Origin: Neocallimastix sp. 'constans'
Lineage: Eukaryota
Direction: 5' to 3'
Assembly (NCBI GenBank): GCA_050613775.1
Contig: JBODTK010000102.1
Span: forward strand, 1-64,000
DNA: 64,000 nucleotides
In this document: in pieces, positions 40,386 to 53,452 of the stretch
How the letters are laid out: each line of letters begins with the position of its first letter
Position numbering within the stretch: position 1 is the stretch's first letter
The notes under the pieces: model-generated
Told to the model about the DNA's origin: nothing
Seen by the model: the letters and a program-made list of their open reading frames with translations, nothing else
The model's database searches: none
Program-made: the position numbers and the translations under genes

Positions 40386-41694
40386 TTATAAAAACAGAAC
40401 AAAAAGAAAATATGGTAATCTTGTACGAAAATCAAATAAATTTCTACATATATATTATAATAATAATAATTTACAAAAAGAGTTTGATTCTATTGAAAAA
40501 GATGTTATTACTGCGATTATTAATAAACCAAATTGTACCAATGAGAAACACAAGTAATGAAATTAATAATGAAATTCAACATTAAAAGAGAAATAATTAC
40601 TTCTGCATATTCTAATTCAAGTCTAACTTGTTACAAAAGTAGACATGAATATTATTCATGTATATAAGAAATTATGTTTTTCTTTATTTTATATTTAAAA
40701 AATCATATTTATAAATAAAAAGTAATATCTAAATAAAAATAAATTTAAAACATTATGAAATTATAAAATATATTAATATGTCTTAAATTATTCAACATTA
40801 AAATTAATTATTCTAAAATTTAAAAAAATAATTATAGGAATTTCTTAATAAACAAATTCAGATAATATATGTAGCTCCGAAATTATTATTAAAAATTGCG
40901 TTAGTTTAAATTTTTTTAAAAAATATAATAAATAAGTATAATTGAAATCTTAAGATGGTTTTATAAATAAAAATATATTTTTTTTAACATAAATAACAAA
41001 ATAATATATAAAAATATAAAAATTTAACGATAATACTTCAGAACTTATTATAAAAGATTCATTAATACATCTAGTATTTTTGATATATGTATATGATAAG
41101 TTTGCAGTCATAATTTTTAGCTAGGTGAATTAAATATTTGGTGAAGTCCGTATTCCAATATTTTGATTCAGAAGTAGAAACAAAATAATTCTGAATTGCT
41201 ATTTTGAAAACAAAATTGTTTATAGATTTTTTAATATTATTAAATCATTATTACAACAAAATGTGATTTATAATTATTGATTACATCATAATTTAAGTTA
41301 TAATTTAAAAATTTAAATTAAAAATTAAAATAAAAATTATTAAAATTTATTTGACATTTTATATACTTTATTTTTTCATCATTCAATGTAAAGTTTTAAT
41401 ATTAAATTTATATTGAACTTTATTATTTTTTTTATATTAAAAATAAATATAAAAATAAATACTTTTATTCTATGTTTAAATTTCAATGTATAGGTTAAAA
41501 ATAATTATAAAATAAAAATTCTATTAATACATAAATTTATATAATTCCATATGGAGTACTTTATTATGTGGGAATTATTGATACATTTAATAAGGTAAAA
41601 GAATTAAATTTTATGTAACTATTTAATATATAATATATTCATTTTGAAAAAGGACTATAGTAAAGTCTTAGTTGACAATTAAAACTTAAAAATG

Positions 41695-42627
41695 TTAGTA
41701 ATCTGATATATTTACTAAGATTTGATCATAATAATTTTTATCGGCAACATCATCTATATCTTTATCGCCATCTTTTACTTCATTAATATATTTATTTTCT
41801 ATTTTAATTTTTTCGGTTGCATTTCTTAAAAACCATTCGTACGATATATCGACATGTCCTATATCAATTGCCTGGTATCCAGCATTATGTAAATCATAAG
41901 CTAATATTGTGGCTGTAGGTCCTAAAGCTATTAAAACTAATTTTTCTTTGCTAATTTTTACAGCTTCATTGTATATCTTATCATACTTTTCATATGCATT
42001 TTTAGAAGGACATAATATTCTTTGAATTGACTTTGTATTGTTAAGTAAATCATTATTGATTCCAAATCTTGATTTTTCTCCTTCTATAATAATTATATCT
42101 TTTTTATCCCAAATCATCTTTAATTTATTTACATATTTCAATACATCAATTCTATTATTATTAAACTGATAAAATCTTGATATTCCAGCTGTACCATAAA
42201 TCTTATTAAAATCTAATAATTTCATTAAATTACATTTATATCTATTAATAAACCTTTTCCATGACTTACTACAGCTTTCTGGATGTTTTAATGATCCTGA
42301 TATTGCAATAATTAAGCCATTTTCACTACTTTTTAAGATATTTCTTAATCTTGTTGAGAGATCACTATTAAACTCTTGAAAACCAATTCCTATACCAAAA
42401 ATTATTTTAAATTCTCCATCACCGAATCTCGATATTGACTTATTATTATAAATAATCTCATCCAAAGTTTCTACTCTTGATAAAATATTTAAAGAATTTA
42501 AATTATTCAAAGTTGGACATTCGTTATATAATGTAGTTGCTTTTTCTGTATAAGCATATTTTAATTTTACTAATAATATAGTAAAAATAAGTATGTTGAT
42601 AATAGAATAATTATTATTTATGTTCAT
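41695..42627 (-). CDS. GT-D fold glycosyltransferase (DUF1792/GT101) with N-terminal signal/anchor, intronless
   Basis: SISRFGDGE, IIIEGEKSRFG.NNDL, RILCPSKNAY and ALGPTATILAYDL...QAIDIGHVDISYEW are hallmark DUF1792 motifs. Confidence 0.92.
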   Translation of the reverse strand: MNINNNYSIINILIFTILLVKLKYAYTEKATTLYNECPTLNNLNSLNILSRVETLDEIIYNNKSISRFGDGEFKIIFGIGIGFQEFNSDLSTRLRNILKSSENGLIIAISGSLKHPESCSKSWKRFINRYKCNLMKLLDFNKIYGTAGISRFYQFNNNRIDVLKYVNKLKMIWDKKDIIIIEGEKSRFGINNDLLNNTKSIQRILCPSKNAYEKYDKIYNEAVKISKEKLVLIALGPTATILAYDLHNAGYQAIDIGHVDISYEWFLRNATEKIKIENKYINEVKDGDKDIDDVADKNYYDQILVNISDY

Positions 42628-43799
42628 TTTTTCTTATATGTGTTACGATTTCGATATAAAATTTATTTATATAATACAATTGAATATATTTTTTAATTTA
42701 TATTCCTGACATAACATGTAATGATTAAATTTTATAATTTTAACACGCTTTATTTGGTTTCTAAATTTAAAATGTTTTATTTATTTATGGATATTTTGTA
42801 ATTTTTAATTTTTATATTTTGAATTTAGAAATTTTAAATATAAAAATTTCTTTTAATTTGCTAAATTTTTAAATTTTAATAATAAAAATTTATTAATTTA
42901 TATATAAATAATTTTAAAATATTTTTTATAATAAAATTTTAACCTTTCTGAATTTTAAATATACATTTTTTTATTTTTATAATAAAATTTTCAAATTTTA
43001 AATTTTAAAATTTTTAAACTTAAATATCTCTAAGATTAGTTAAAAATATAATTAAATTTATTTATATAATAAATTTAATTAAATTTTTTTTTTTACTTAA
43101 AGATCTTTTGTATTTATTTTAAAAGTATTAAACACCAAAAACAAATATTGAGACAATTAGATATATTTTTAGAGTAGCATTTTATATATAATACTTAATA
43201 TTTAATTTTATTTATATTTATTTTTTTATAATTACAAAAGTGTATGTTTTTAACAAGGTTACATTTTATTTCTTTTATAATTTTATTTAAATATAATAAT
43301 ATTCTGATTGGGTAAATTATATTAAAGTCATTATTAAGTATTTATTTTTTTTATATTCTAACAAAAAGAATAAATAATTTTATAATATTAAAAATATTAT
43401 TAAATGTTACGCAAATTTACATTTTTTTTGTAAAATTATCTCTACTTTTTTTAAATTAAAATAAATTTGCTTTTTGTATAATAATAATAAGAATTTAATT
43501 AGATTTCATAATTTACTTTTTAAAATATACCTTTATAAAAAATAGAAATTTCAAAAAAATTAAAATTTATCTTTTTCTAAATTAACAATATTTAATAACT
43601 GGTTATTAAGTGCTGTAATCATTCCTCTTCATCTAATTTGTTGAATTGTATTATAATTATGTGGTTCTTGTAAGTTACTTATTCCAAATAAAGGATAAAT
43701 TGTTTCAAATTTTTAAAATTTTATTTTATTTTTTATTTAATATTTATTATTTATTAATATTACTTAACAATAATTTTTAAGTATAATTTATAAGTATTT

Positions 43800-44983
43800 T
43801 TGGATTATTTATCATATTAAATCAATGCATAATTTGTATGAATTCAAAACTTAAAAATAAACCATATAGGCAAGCAATAAATAAATCGAAACATATATTT
43901 GAATTATTTCACATTGACTTGGTTGGTCCTCTTCCTAAATCGCTTTATGGTAACAAATATCTCTTTACAATTCTCGATGACTATTCACGCTATGGATGGA
44001 CTTTGTTTTTAAAATCTAAAAGTGACACCTTTAACTCATTTTACAATTGGTTTTTAAGTATTAAAAATAAGTATAATACTAGAATTACATATATTCGAAC
44101 AAATAATGGTACAGAATTTTGCAATAATAATTTTAATTTATTCTTTAAATCTTATGGTATCAAACATCAACTAACTGTACCATATAACCCACAACAAAAT
44201 GGAAGGGTGGAACGCCTCAATGGCACCCTAATTAATTCCGCCAAAGCTATGCTGAATGACTCTAAACTTAGTCACCAATTTTGGGAAGATGCTACATCTA
44301 CGGCTAGCTATATACATAATCGCATTCCACACAAGGGAAAAAATATGAAAATACCTTATGAAATAATTAACAAAACAAAGGTCAACTACTCAAATATTAA
44401 AGTATTTGGATGCAAAGTTTATTTCTTTATTACTAAAGTCTTTAGATCTAAATTCGATAGCAATACTTAACCAGGGATTTTTTTAGAATACTCTAAAAAC
44501 CCATCATCTTCCAAAATTTTAGATATTACTACTAATAAAATAATCCTATCTAGATCTGTTGCCTTTTTCGAATCCAATCCTGGAAACAGTTATCTTAAAG
44601 AATGCTCACCTGAATTTTCCAATTTTATTCCGGATCACGAAATCAGGGGAGATAATACATATAATACATACTATAATAAAAATACATACGATACCAATAC
44701 ATATAACATTAATCATAATATTCAACAAAGATTAAATAAAATTGATTATCTAGGTTCTAATGAATTTTTTAATTCAGAAAACATCCTAAGTAATTCATCA
44801 ATATTAAATAATAGCAATATACAAAATATATACGAAGATATAATAAATAAAAATAATTCTAAGAATAAAAGAAAATATAACAAAAAACAAAGAAATAATA
44901 ATTACAGTAACAATAATAGTAACAATAACAATGAAAATATCAATAATGATAACCATAATAATAATTTCATTAATAATAATACA

Positions 44984-45032
<49 letters not shown>

Positions 45033-47174
45033 TTGAAAATAATTATAATAGCCAAAATAGAGAAGATACTAATAATAAAATAAACGATAATACAGCCAAT
45101 AAAACAATCAATAACAATAAAAATAATGAAAATAGCAGAGTAAATGAAAACACAATTATTAATAAAAATTATATTCAACGTAATGGAAACGAAATTATAA
45201 ATACTTTATTGACTAATAACAATTCATTTAAATTAAATTATATCGAGACCAATAATAAAAAAAGAACTATGAATATTATAAATGAAAGTAATAACAAAGG
45301 AAGAAAGACAACAAATACCTTAAGAGAACCAGAAAATTATAAAGACATTCAAAATTTAACTGATAGAAAAGAGTGGATTAATGCAGTAAATGAAGAATTA
45401 AGTAATATGAAAAACTTAAATGTATTTAATACAATTAAATATATACCCAAAAATGCCAATGTAATTTCTTCACGATGGATTTTCAAATATAAAAGAAATG
45501 CAATGGCGAGATAACAAAAAGAAAGGCAAGATTGGTAGCACGAGGTTTTACCCAAGAATTTGGAATAGACTTTCATAATACTTTTGCACCAACGTTAAAA
45601 CACGACTCTATCAGAATTTTAACTTCAATTGCTGCCCAAAATAATTTTAATATAGAACAAATCGATATAAACGCTGCTTATCATAATGCCAAGTTAAGTG
45701 AAAATATTTATATGAAACCTCCAGAAGGTCATCCAGATTTTAATAGAAAATACTGGAAATTAAACAAGGCTATATATGGTCTGAAACAAAGCGGACGAGA
45801 ATGGAATAAAGAAATTAATAAATTCTTAACTAAAATAGGACTTAGAAGAATGGTAAGTGAACCATGTATATATGTAAAAAACGATAAGAATAAAAACATT
45901 TTATGTATCGTCGATATTTATGTTGACGATATTTTAATCGCTGGAAAGGAGAATGAAATTAAATGTATAAAAGAATACTTCAAAAGAAAATATAAAATAA
46001 AAGAAATTGGCGACGTGGATTTCGTTATCGGAATAAAATTTGTTAAACACAAAAATGGATATTATACACATCAAAGAAGATACGTTATACGTTATAGAGG
46101 TTTTAGAAAAATTCAATATGAATAATGAAAAACCATTAAGAAATACAAAACCAATTACAGACGACAAACTTAGAAATATAAAGTTTAATCAAACTACCTA
46201 CCGAAGTGCAATTGGAAAATTACTCTACATTGCTATATGCACCAGACCTGATATTCTATTTTCGGTAAGTAAAGCAGCACGAAAATCAAATAATCCGAAT
46301 ATGGAAGACTGGAACAATGTCGTAAGAATTCTAAGATATCTTAAAGGAACAACTATACAAGGAAACTAGGAATATAAGCCTTTGTTGATGCCGACTTTGC
46401 AGGAGACACTGAAACCAGAAGATCAATCACAGGTTTTTTAGTAACCATGGGCAACTCACCAATTAGCTGGTGTTCCAAGCTACAACACTGTGTGTCAACA
46501 TCTACTGCAGAATCGGAGTATTATAGTCTGAGTGAATGTGGCAAGCACTACATTTTGTATTTAAATTTAATGAAAGAATTATATTATAATATTAAATGTA
46601 TTAAAATAAAAATAGATAACAAAGCTGCTATATTCAATAGCAAAAATCAATCTATTAATCCGAAGACAAAACATATTGATATAAGAATTCATTATATTAG
46701 AGAAATAATAAATAAAAATTTTATAAATTTAGAATATATTCAATCTCAAAATAATTTGGTTGATGAATTCACTAAATATCTAAACAACACCCTTATGGAA
46801 AAATTCAGAAATTCTTTGTTATATAAAATTGAAGATTTAAAATTTTAATTCTAAAAATTAAAGTCAAAATTAAACAAATATAACATTTAGAAGGAGTGTT
46901 AAAATATATTTATTATATTTTATTTTATATTAACCAGTCAATTAGTTTAATAAATAATATTCATGTATAAAAGATTTCTAAATGAATATGTTTTTCTTCA
47001 GTTCTATTTTTATAAAAATATATTAATAAATAATATAATATTTACAACATAAATAAATTAAACTATTATTTAATTATATAAACATTAGTGTGTCTAAAAT
47101 AATTAAATATTAAAATTCTAGAATTTTTTATATATAAAAATAATTCTTTTCTAACCCTAACCCTTTCCAATACA
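43800..47174 (+). mobile_element. 5'-truncated, frameshifted Ty1/copia element (IN-RT-RNase H, PPT, probable 3' LTR from 46897)
   Basis: IN: HIDLVGP, LDDYSRY, QQNGRVER. RT: ARGFTQ, YGLKQSGREW, YVDD. RH: STSTAESEY, KHIDIR. AGAAGGAG precedes TG at 46897; LTR end is approximate. Confidence 0.92.
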
Positions 47175-47368
47175 TATTATTAGGATTGAAATAATTAAAA
47201 TTTATATCAATTTTTTAGTCACAAAAATTCCAATTAATTAAATATAATTAATTTATTAATATAAATATAATTTTTAAAATTTTATTCTAAAGGAAAAAAA
47301 GGAATTTTTATATTATTGAAAAGAAAATTATTTACTAAAACATATTTAATATATAGAGATAATTATAA

Positions 47369-47760
47369 ATGAAAATAAATAATAAATTTCTATTTATTAC
47401 ATTATTAATTTTATCTTTTTTATTCATTGATTCCAGCAAAGCTATTTCTAAAGGTAAAATTTAATAAAACGTTTATTAATAAAATTAAAAACAAAAAGTA
47501 AAAATTAGAATTTTAATTATAATTTGATAGAAAAAATCAAGATTATCATTACATTACAAAAGAAAATTTCATAAAAAAAAAAAGTAAAATTAAAAAAATT
47601 TAGTTTTAGATGTGTTTCTTTAGAAAAAAAACAATGATATTAAGGATAAAAAAATCATTGACATTGGAGAAGGGCAAAATTTTATGTCCCTTATTATCAG
47701 TTTGATCACATTCAAAATATTATTGTAGATGGTAAAATATATTATAATAAGGGTATACTA
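47369..47760 (+). pseudogene. Truncated secreted-protein remnant with an MKINNK-type leader
   Basis: MKINNKFLFITLLILSFLFIDSSKAISKGKI*; downstream FDHIQNIIVDG loosely resembles the GDSL block I lead-in. Confidence 0.35.
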
Positions 47761-48013
47761 CAAAAATTACATTCTTGTATAAAAAAAAAATTCTGTAATT
47801 TTTTTTATAATAATTACTCCATTTATTATGCCATAATGTCTAATCAAAAATAAATTTATAATTTAACAATAATTTTATTAAATATTTTTTTATTATAATA
47901 ATTAAAATTAAAAAAAAATTCTAATTTATCTATACTATATTATGATATATAATTGTTTAATTAATAATTTATTTAAATTTCAAAATTGTTCTTTTCATTC
48001 AAAGTACTAAAAC

Positions 48014-49180
48014 TTAATTTTTATTTAAAGATATTAGTAATTCATTTATATCTTCAGCGATGATTCTATTAGCCTTATTGGATATATGAGTATTATCTCG
48101 CCAAAAATAATCATCAAGATTACTGAATACCTTGTTTGTGCTTAGTTTCCATGCATTATTTCCAGAAATAAAATTATATTTTTTATAATTTTTCATAATA
48201 TATTTATATTCATTGTTAATATTGTATATAATAATATTTATATGTTTATATTTTTTATATAATACTTCAGCTTTCTTATTTAATAAATTGTTAAAAAAAA
48301 AATTTCATCTATAAAATAATTATATTTATTTTTAGAGTTAACTGGAGCTTTATCAAAAGGAGGAATATTAATTATTAAAAAATTATTTCCTCCAATTTTT
48401 TTTATACATTCAATTATATCAAAGATAATATCAACTATATAATTAATATTTTCATTAATAGTTCTATTATTATAAATAAAATTAATATCATTAATATCGT
48501 TAGATCCCATATATATGGAAAATAATATATTTTTACCATTCCATTCATTAAAATATATTTTCCCATGACTCATTCGTTCATAAAATAAATTGTATTGTTT
48601 TAAGAAATCTTTATATTTTTTTCTAAATTCACGACCTCTTAAAAAATGGAAAAAAAAATTATTAATTAAAAATAATTTTTTAAACTTAAATAAGTTTATA
48701 TAAATATTAATTACAATTCTAAAGTAACAACAGAACCATTTAAAGCAAAATTCCATAATTTCATTTTATGTATATTAGCAAGTTGTACTGGCCAATTTTT
48801 TTTATTAGCAAGTAACTTTTTTTATTTTTTAAAAAAATATCATATTAATTAAAAATATTATAAATTATTATTATCTTATTAATAAAGAAGTTAAAGTAAA
48901 CCTTCTTTGAAGATTCCATTGTTTTAAAATTTGTTTCAGAATATGAATGTGAATCTCTGTTTATTTAAAGAAATTTATATATAGTTAGTTATTTTTTAAA
49001 TTATTTAAGCAAAAATAATTATTACCCAAAAACAACTAAATTAGATATCTCATTGTAGTTAAACGTATTATTTTTCAATAAAAATGTCAATGAAGACTCT
49101 CTTCCAGGTATTTCAATTTTACTAGATAGACATTTTGAACTAATAATAAAAAAAGTTATTAAATTTAAAAAATAGTACAT
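48014..49180 (-). CDS. Secreted SGNH/GDSL esterase (CE16-like); 4 exons; one frameshift in a homopolymer
   Basis: Exons 49180-49026, 48956-48902, 48815-48715, 48637-48014 with GT-AG introns. LVVFG|DSHS, NWP, GSND and WRDNTH motifs. Frame break at the A-run ~48293-48302. Confidence 0.8.
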
Positions 49181-49269
49181 TTTTAGTATAATATTTATAT
49201 AAATATTTTAAGTTAGTTTTAATTATATACTTTGATAAAAAAAATATCTAAATATATTGGAATCATATT

Positions 49270-49482
49270 GAATTATAAAAAACTTTAATTCCTTCGACTA
49301 ATCAAAATTCAGTAAATAATTCTTCTTTTAGTTTAAATTGTTTACAGAAGATATACTCTAGAATTTGGAATGGAGAATTTCCTAGCACATGGAACGAAAC
49401 AAGTATTATATCTATTCCTAAAAAAGGAGATGATCTATCGGATTATGACAATTATCGAGGTATCACTCTGATTGATAATGAT
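49270..49482 (+). mobile_element. LINE reverse-transcriptase fragment
   Basis: IWNGEFPSTWNETSIISIPKKGDDLSDYDNYRGITLID. Confidence 0.85.
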
Positions 49483-50052
49483 ATAATTCTCAACTTAGAT
49501 AGAATAGTTGACTATTATTTTATTTTAATATTTTCTTTTTATCTAATTATATGTATATGTATTTATATCATTTTTTATTTTTAATAATTAATAATAACTA
49601 TGACCTATTACAATAAGCATTTTATTTTAAATTTTATATCCTTAACATTCTCACAATTGTTCTGTAATATTTTCTTATGGATATTGGTTATTACGTTTTG
49701 CTTCTATAATAAATTTTATAAAAATAATAAAAATATATATTTATTAGTTTGATTAGTAATAATTTTATATTTAAATGATTTTATATTTTATATATTTCAA
49801 CTTAGCTTTATGGATAGCTCAACTGAAGAGTTGAGACTCTTAATCTGTGAAAAGTATAAATCTCTTTTTATTATATAAGAATAAAGAATAGTATATATAC
49901 ATAATTTTATACTTCTTTATAGTATTTATAGTTAAAATAATATGTGGCTTTTTGTTACTATTGGTCACATATCTTACACTAATATATTAATTTATATAAC
50001 ATTACTCCTTTAATTAATATAACTATAAATCTTATTATTTTTGTTTCTAACA
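49483..50052 (-). mobile_element. Truncated family A copy (5' LTR 50052-49846, PBS, internal start)
   Basis: 570 bp nearly identical to 35768-36337 (~3 differences by eye). Confidence 0.92.
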
Positions 50053-51068
50053 AAATATTTATTTTATTTTCCGAAATTTTGAATTTTATTAAATAATGTT
50101 TATTATTTTTTTGAAGATAAAATTTTATTTTAGGTTTATTATTTAAATATTACCAAAAAAATGATTAATATATTGTTTTTTTTTTATAAAAATTTAATAT
50201 ATATTTAAATTCACTACACAATAATTATTAATAAGCAAATATACTAATTTTATATACTAACCCTTATTCTAAAATTAAATTCAATAATATCAAATATATT
50301 GGAATACTGATTTTTTTTTTTATAATTTTCAAATATTAATATGAAAATTATTTATTGAAATTTCTTATGTGATTTTTAAAGAAAATAAGAATCTTATATT
50401 CTAATAAACTAAATATTCTTATTTTTATAACACAAAAATAAATTATTACTAATAAAATAGATTTCATTAAAAGAATTATATTAATATTTATTTAAATAAT
50501 TTATGTAATTGTTTTATTTAAGTTATATAGAGTCATTTAGAAATATTATAATTTCAATTAATTTAATTAAAATGCTGAACTCATTATGAAGGCTTGAAAT
50601 TTCGTAAAAAAAAATTAAATATTTAAATAATGATTATAAATTTTCAAAAAAAGAAAATAAAAAATAAATGTTCTTTTCATTATTATAAAAATAAATTTTA
50701 ATTTATAATTTTGTAATATTAGTAATAATTAAACGATATTACTATGTTCTAATTGAATAAATAATATTTATTTTTTATTGTGTTTTTATTTTTAAAAAAT
50801 ATTCATCTAGTTAATAAATATAGTTATAACTTTCTATATAACGAAAAATAAAATATAATAAAAATAAAATATATATTTTTGAGCTTTCTATTTTCGCTAT
50901 TTTGTATTTTAATAATTTTTAATTAAAATATTAAATTACATAATTTAAATATTAATAATAAAAATAATTTTTTATATATTTAATTAATTGACATTGCAAC
51001 AATATAAATAAGGTTTGTTTTTTGAATATGAATTAATTCATTTCAATCAATAGAGTAATAATGATAAA

Positions 51069-53452
51069 TTATAATCTTTTTCCTATAGCTTCAACGGAAA
51101 AACCAATTTGTTTTAATTCCTTATGATTTAAAATTAGTCTTCCATCAAAAATAAAAGCAGGTTTTGTCATATGATTATATATTCTTTTATAGTCTAAAGT
51201 TTTAAATTCATCCCATTCAGTACAAATTACTATAGCATTGGCACCATAAGATGCTTCATAGCATGAATGGCAAACTCTAATATTTGAAATATATTCTTTT
51301 TTTTTTTTTATTGAAATAAGAAAAATATAAATAAAAATGTTTATAATTAATAATTTTTTATTAAATAATATAATGTTTAAAATTAAAAAAATATATTCGT
51401 TTTATCCGTACCATTATATTCTTGAAAATCACAATTTTCTTTAATATCATTTTTTATTTGATCTTCAGGAACTTTAGGATCAAATATTTTAATGATAGCA
51501 CCTTCTTTTAATAGCGATAAAATAACGGTTATGGCAGGAGATTCTCTAATTTAATATTTTTATAATTTTTTATTTTTATTTATTGAATATTTTATATTTT
51601 AATAAAAGTCATTTAAAATTGTGTGATTTTGATTGATTTACCTTGTATCTTTAGTATTTTTTTTAAATGAAAAACCATAAATTGCAATTATTTTACCAGT
51701 AATTGTATTAAAAAGTTTATTATAAATAGTTTTGACAAATCTTGTCTTTCTATAGTCATTCATGATAATTACTTGTTTCCAGTAATCTGCAACATCAGGA
51801 AGATTAAAATAATTAGAAAGATAAACTAAATTTAAAACATCCTTCTTGAAGCAACTCCCACCGAAACCTATATAATGATTTTTTTAAAATATAAATACAC
51901 TAGTTAATTATTAATGGGTTCATTTATTATCTTATTGAATTACTAGTCACCTACCAACACTAGCATTAAGAAATTTTGATCCAATTCTTGAATCTAAACC
52001 ACAGGCCAAAGCTATTTCTTGGATATCAGCACCTGTTTCTTCACATAAAGCACTTAGAGAATTAATACTTGATATCCTCTGAGCCAATAAAGCATTGGCA
52101 CTCTTAATAAATTTTTATAAAATTAATTAAAAAATAAAATTATTTTATGTATTTTTATAGAAATAAAATATTTGATAATTTGATGCAAATAAATTAAAAA
52201 ATTTGAAATATTTTATTATTTTTAGCAAAATAAATCTAATAAATAATAACTATATCATAATAAATTTAAAAAAGATTTTAAAAATATTACTAATTTTGAT
52301 AATTCTGCAGACCAGAGACCTATTTTTATAATTTTTTCTTTCGGTACCCAATAAGAATATAATTTACATAAAACATCTTGGGCTATCCCACCTTCCTTTG
52401 TTTCATTACCACCAATTAATATTCTATCAGGATAGAGAATATCATTAACGGCTGTTCCTTCAGCAAGAAATTCTGGATTGGATAATATTTCAAAATGAAT
52501 GGATTTATTTTTATCATCAATATCAGTAAATATTGGTTCACAATCAGACTTTAAATCTTCATTATTTAAAGTTGAATTACTACTTGAACGTGATATACTT
52601 AAATTACAAATATTTAAAATATCATTTTCTAGATTTTCATTTAATAATTTATTATCTTTCAAATTTAAATAAATTATTATAGGTATTTTAGTAAATTTAA
52701 TATTTGTTTTTTATTAAAAATTTTATTTAAAATTACTTGATATACCATTATTATTTTTGTTTGCATTTAATATTGTTCTTATGTGATCTGCCGTTTTACA
52801 AGGTACAGTTGATTTTTCTATAATAATTTTTGAATTTTTAGAAAATTTTGCAATTTTTCTTGCTGCCATTTCTATGAAACTTTATATATAAATAAAAAAA
52901 GTTATATTAGAATTTCCATAAGAAATTAATATTTTTTAATTTTACTTTTTTTTAAAAAAAAACCTTAGTTCAGCTGCTTGTCCAGCTCCAATTCCTTTTT
53001 TTTTAGTTGGAGTTCCTACTGAAATAAATATAATATCAGCTGAATAAATAGAGTTATCTATATCTTTCGTAAAGAATAAATTTTTTCCTCTTTTCTTCTT
53101 AACAATTTCTTCTAATCCTGGTTCATAGATTGGAAGCTTTAATATTCAATTAAAATAATAATTATGAGTATTATATTTTTAACTTCTTTTAAATAATATT
53201 ATAATTTACATTATCTGAATTCCAAGAATTTATTTTTTCTGAATCAACATCACAAACAGTTACAATAACTTCATCTTCTGGACATTTATATGCCATTACA
53301 GAGCTTGATGTTCCTCCTACATATCCAGCACCTATATAGCAAACATTTAAAGGTCTATTTAAATACTTTTTAAAAGAGAAATAATTTTTTTGTTGGTTAA
53401 TAGTTTTATTATTATCTTCATTTTCATTAAGAGAAAAAATATTATTTATCAT
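51069..53452 (-). CDS. UGDH: UDP-glucose 6-dehydrogenase, about 8 exons
   Basis: [65 protein letters not shown] and FDGR motifs, separated by AT-rich GT-AG introns. Confidence 0.95.

Noticed and set aside
44804..45178. Poly-Ile minus-strand ORF
   Set aside because: Antisense of an AAT microsatellite in the copia linker.
47151..47164. Telomere-like CTAACCCTAACCCT
   Set aside because: Only two units, within a probable LTR.
48290..48305. Programmed frameshift or true pseudogenisation of the GDSL gene
   Set aside because: The break lies in a homopolymer with no stimulatory structure seen; a sequencing indel is as likely.
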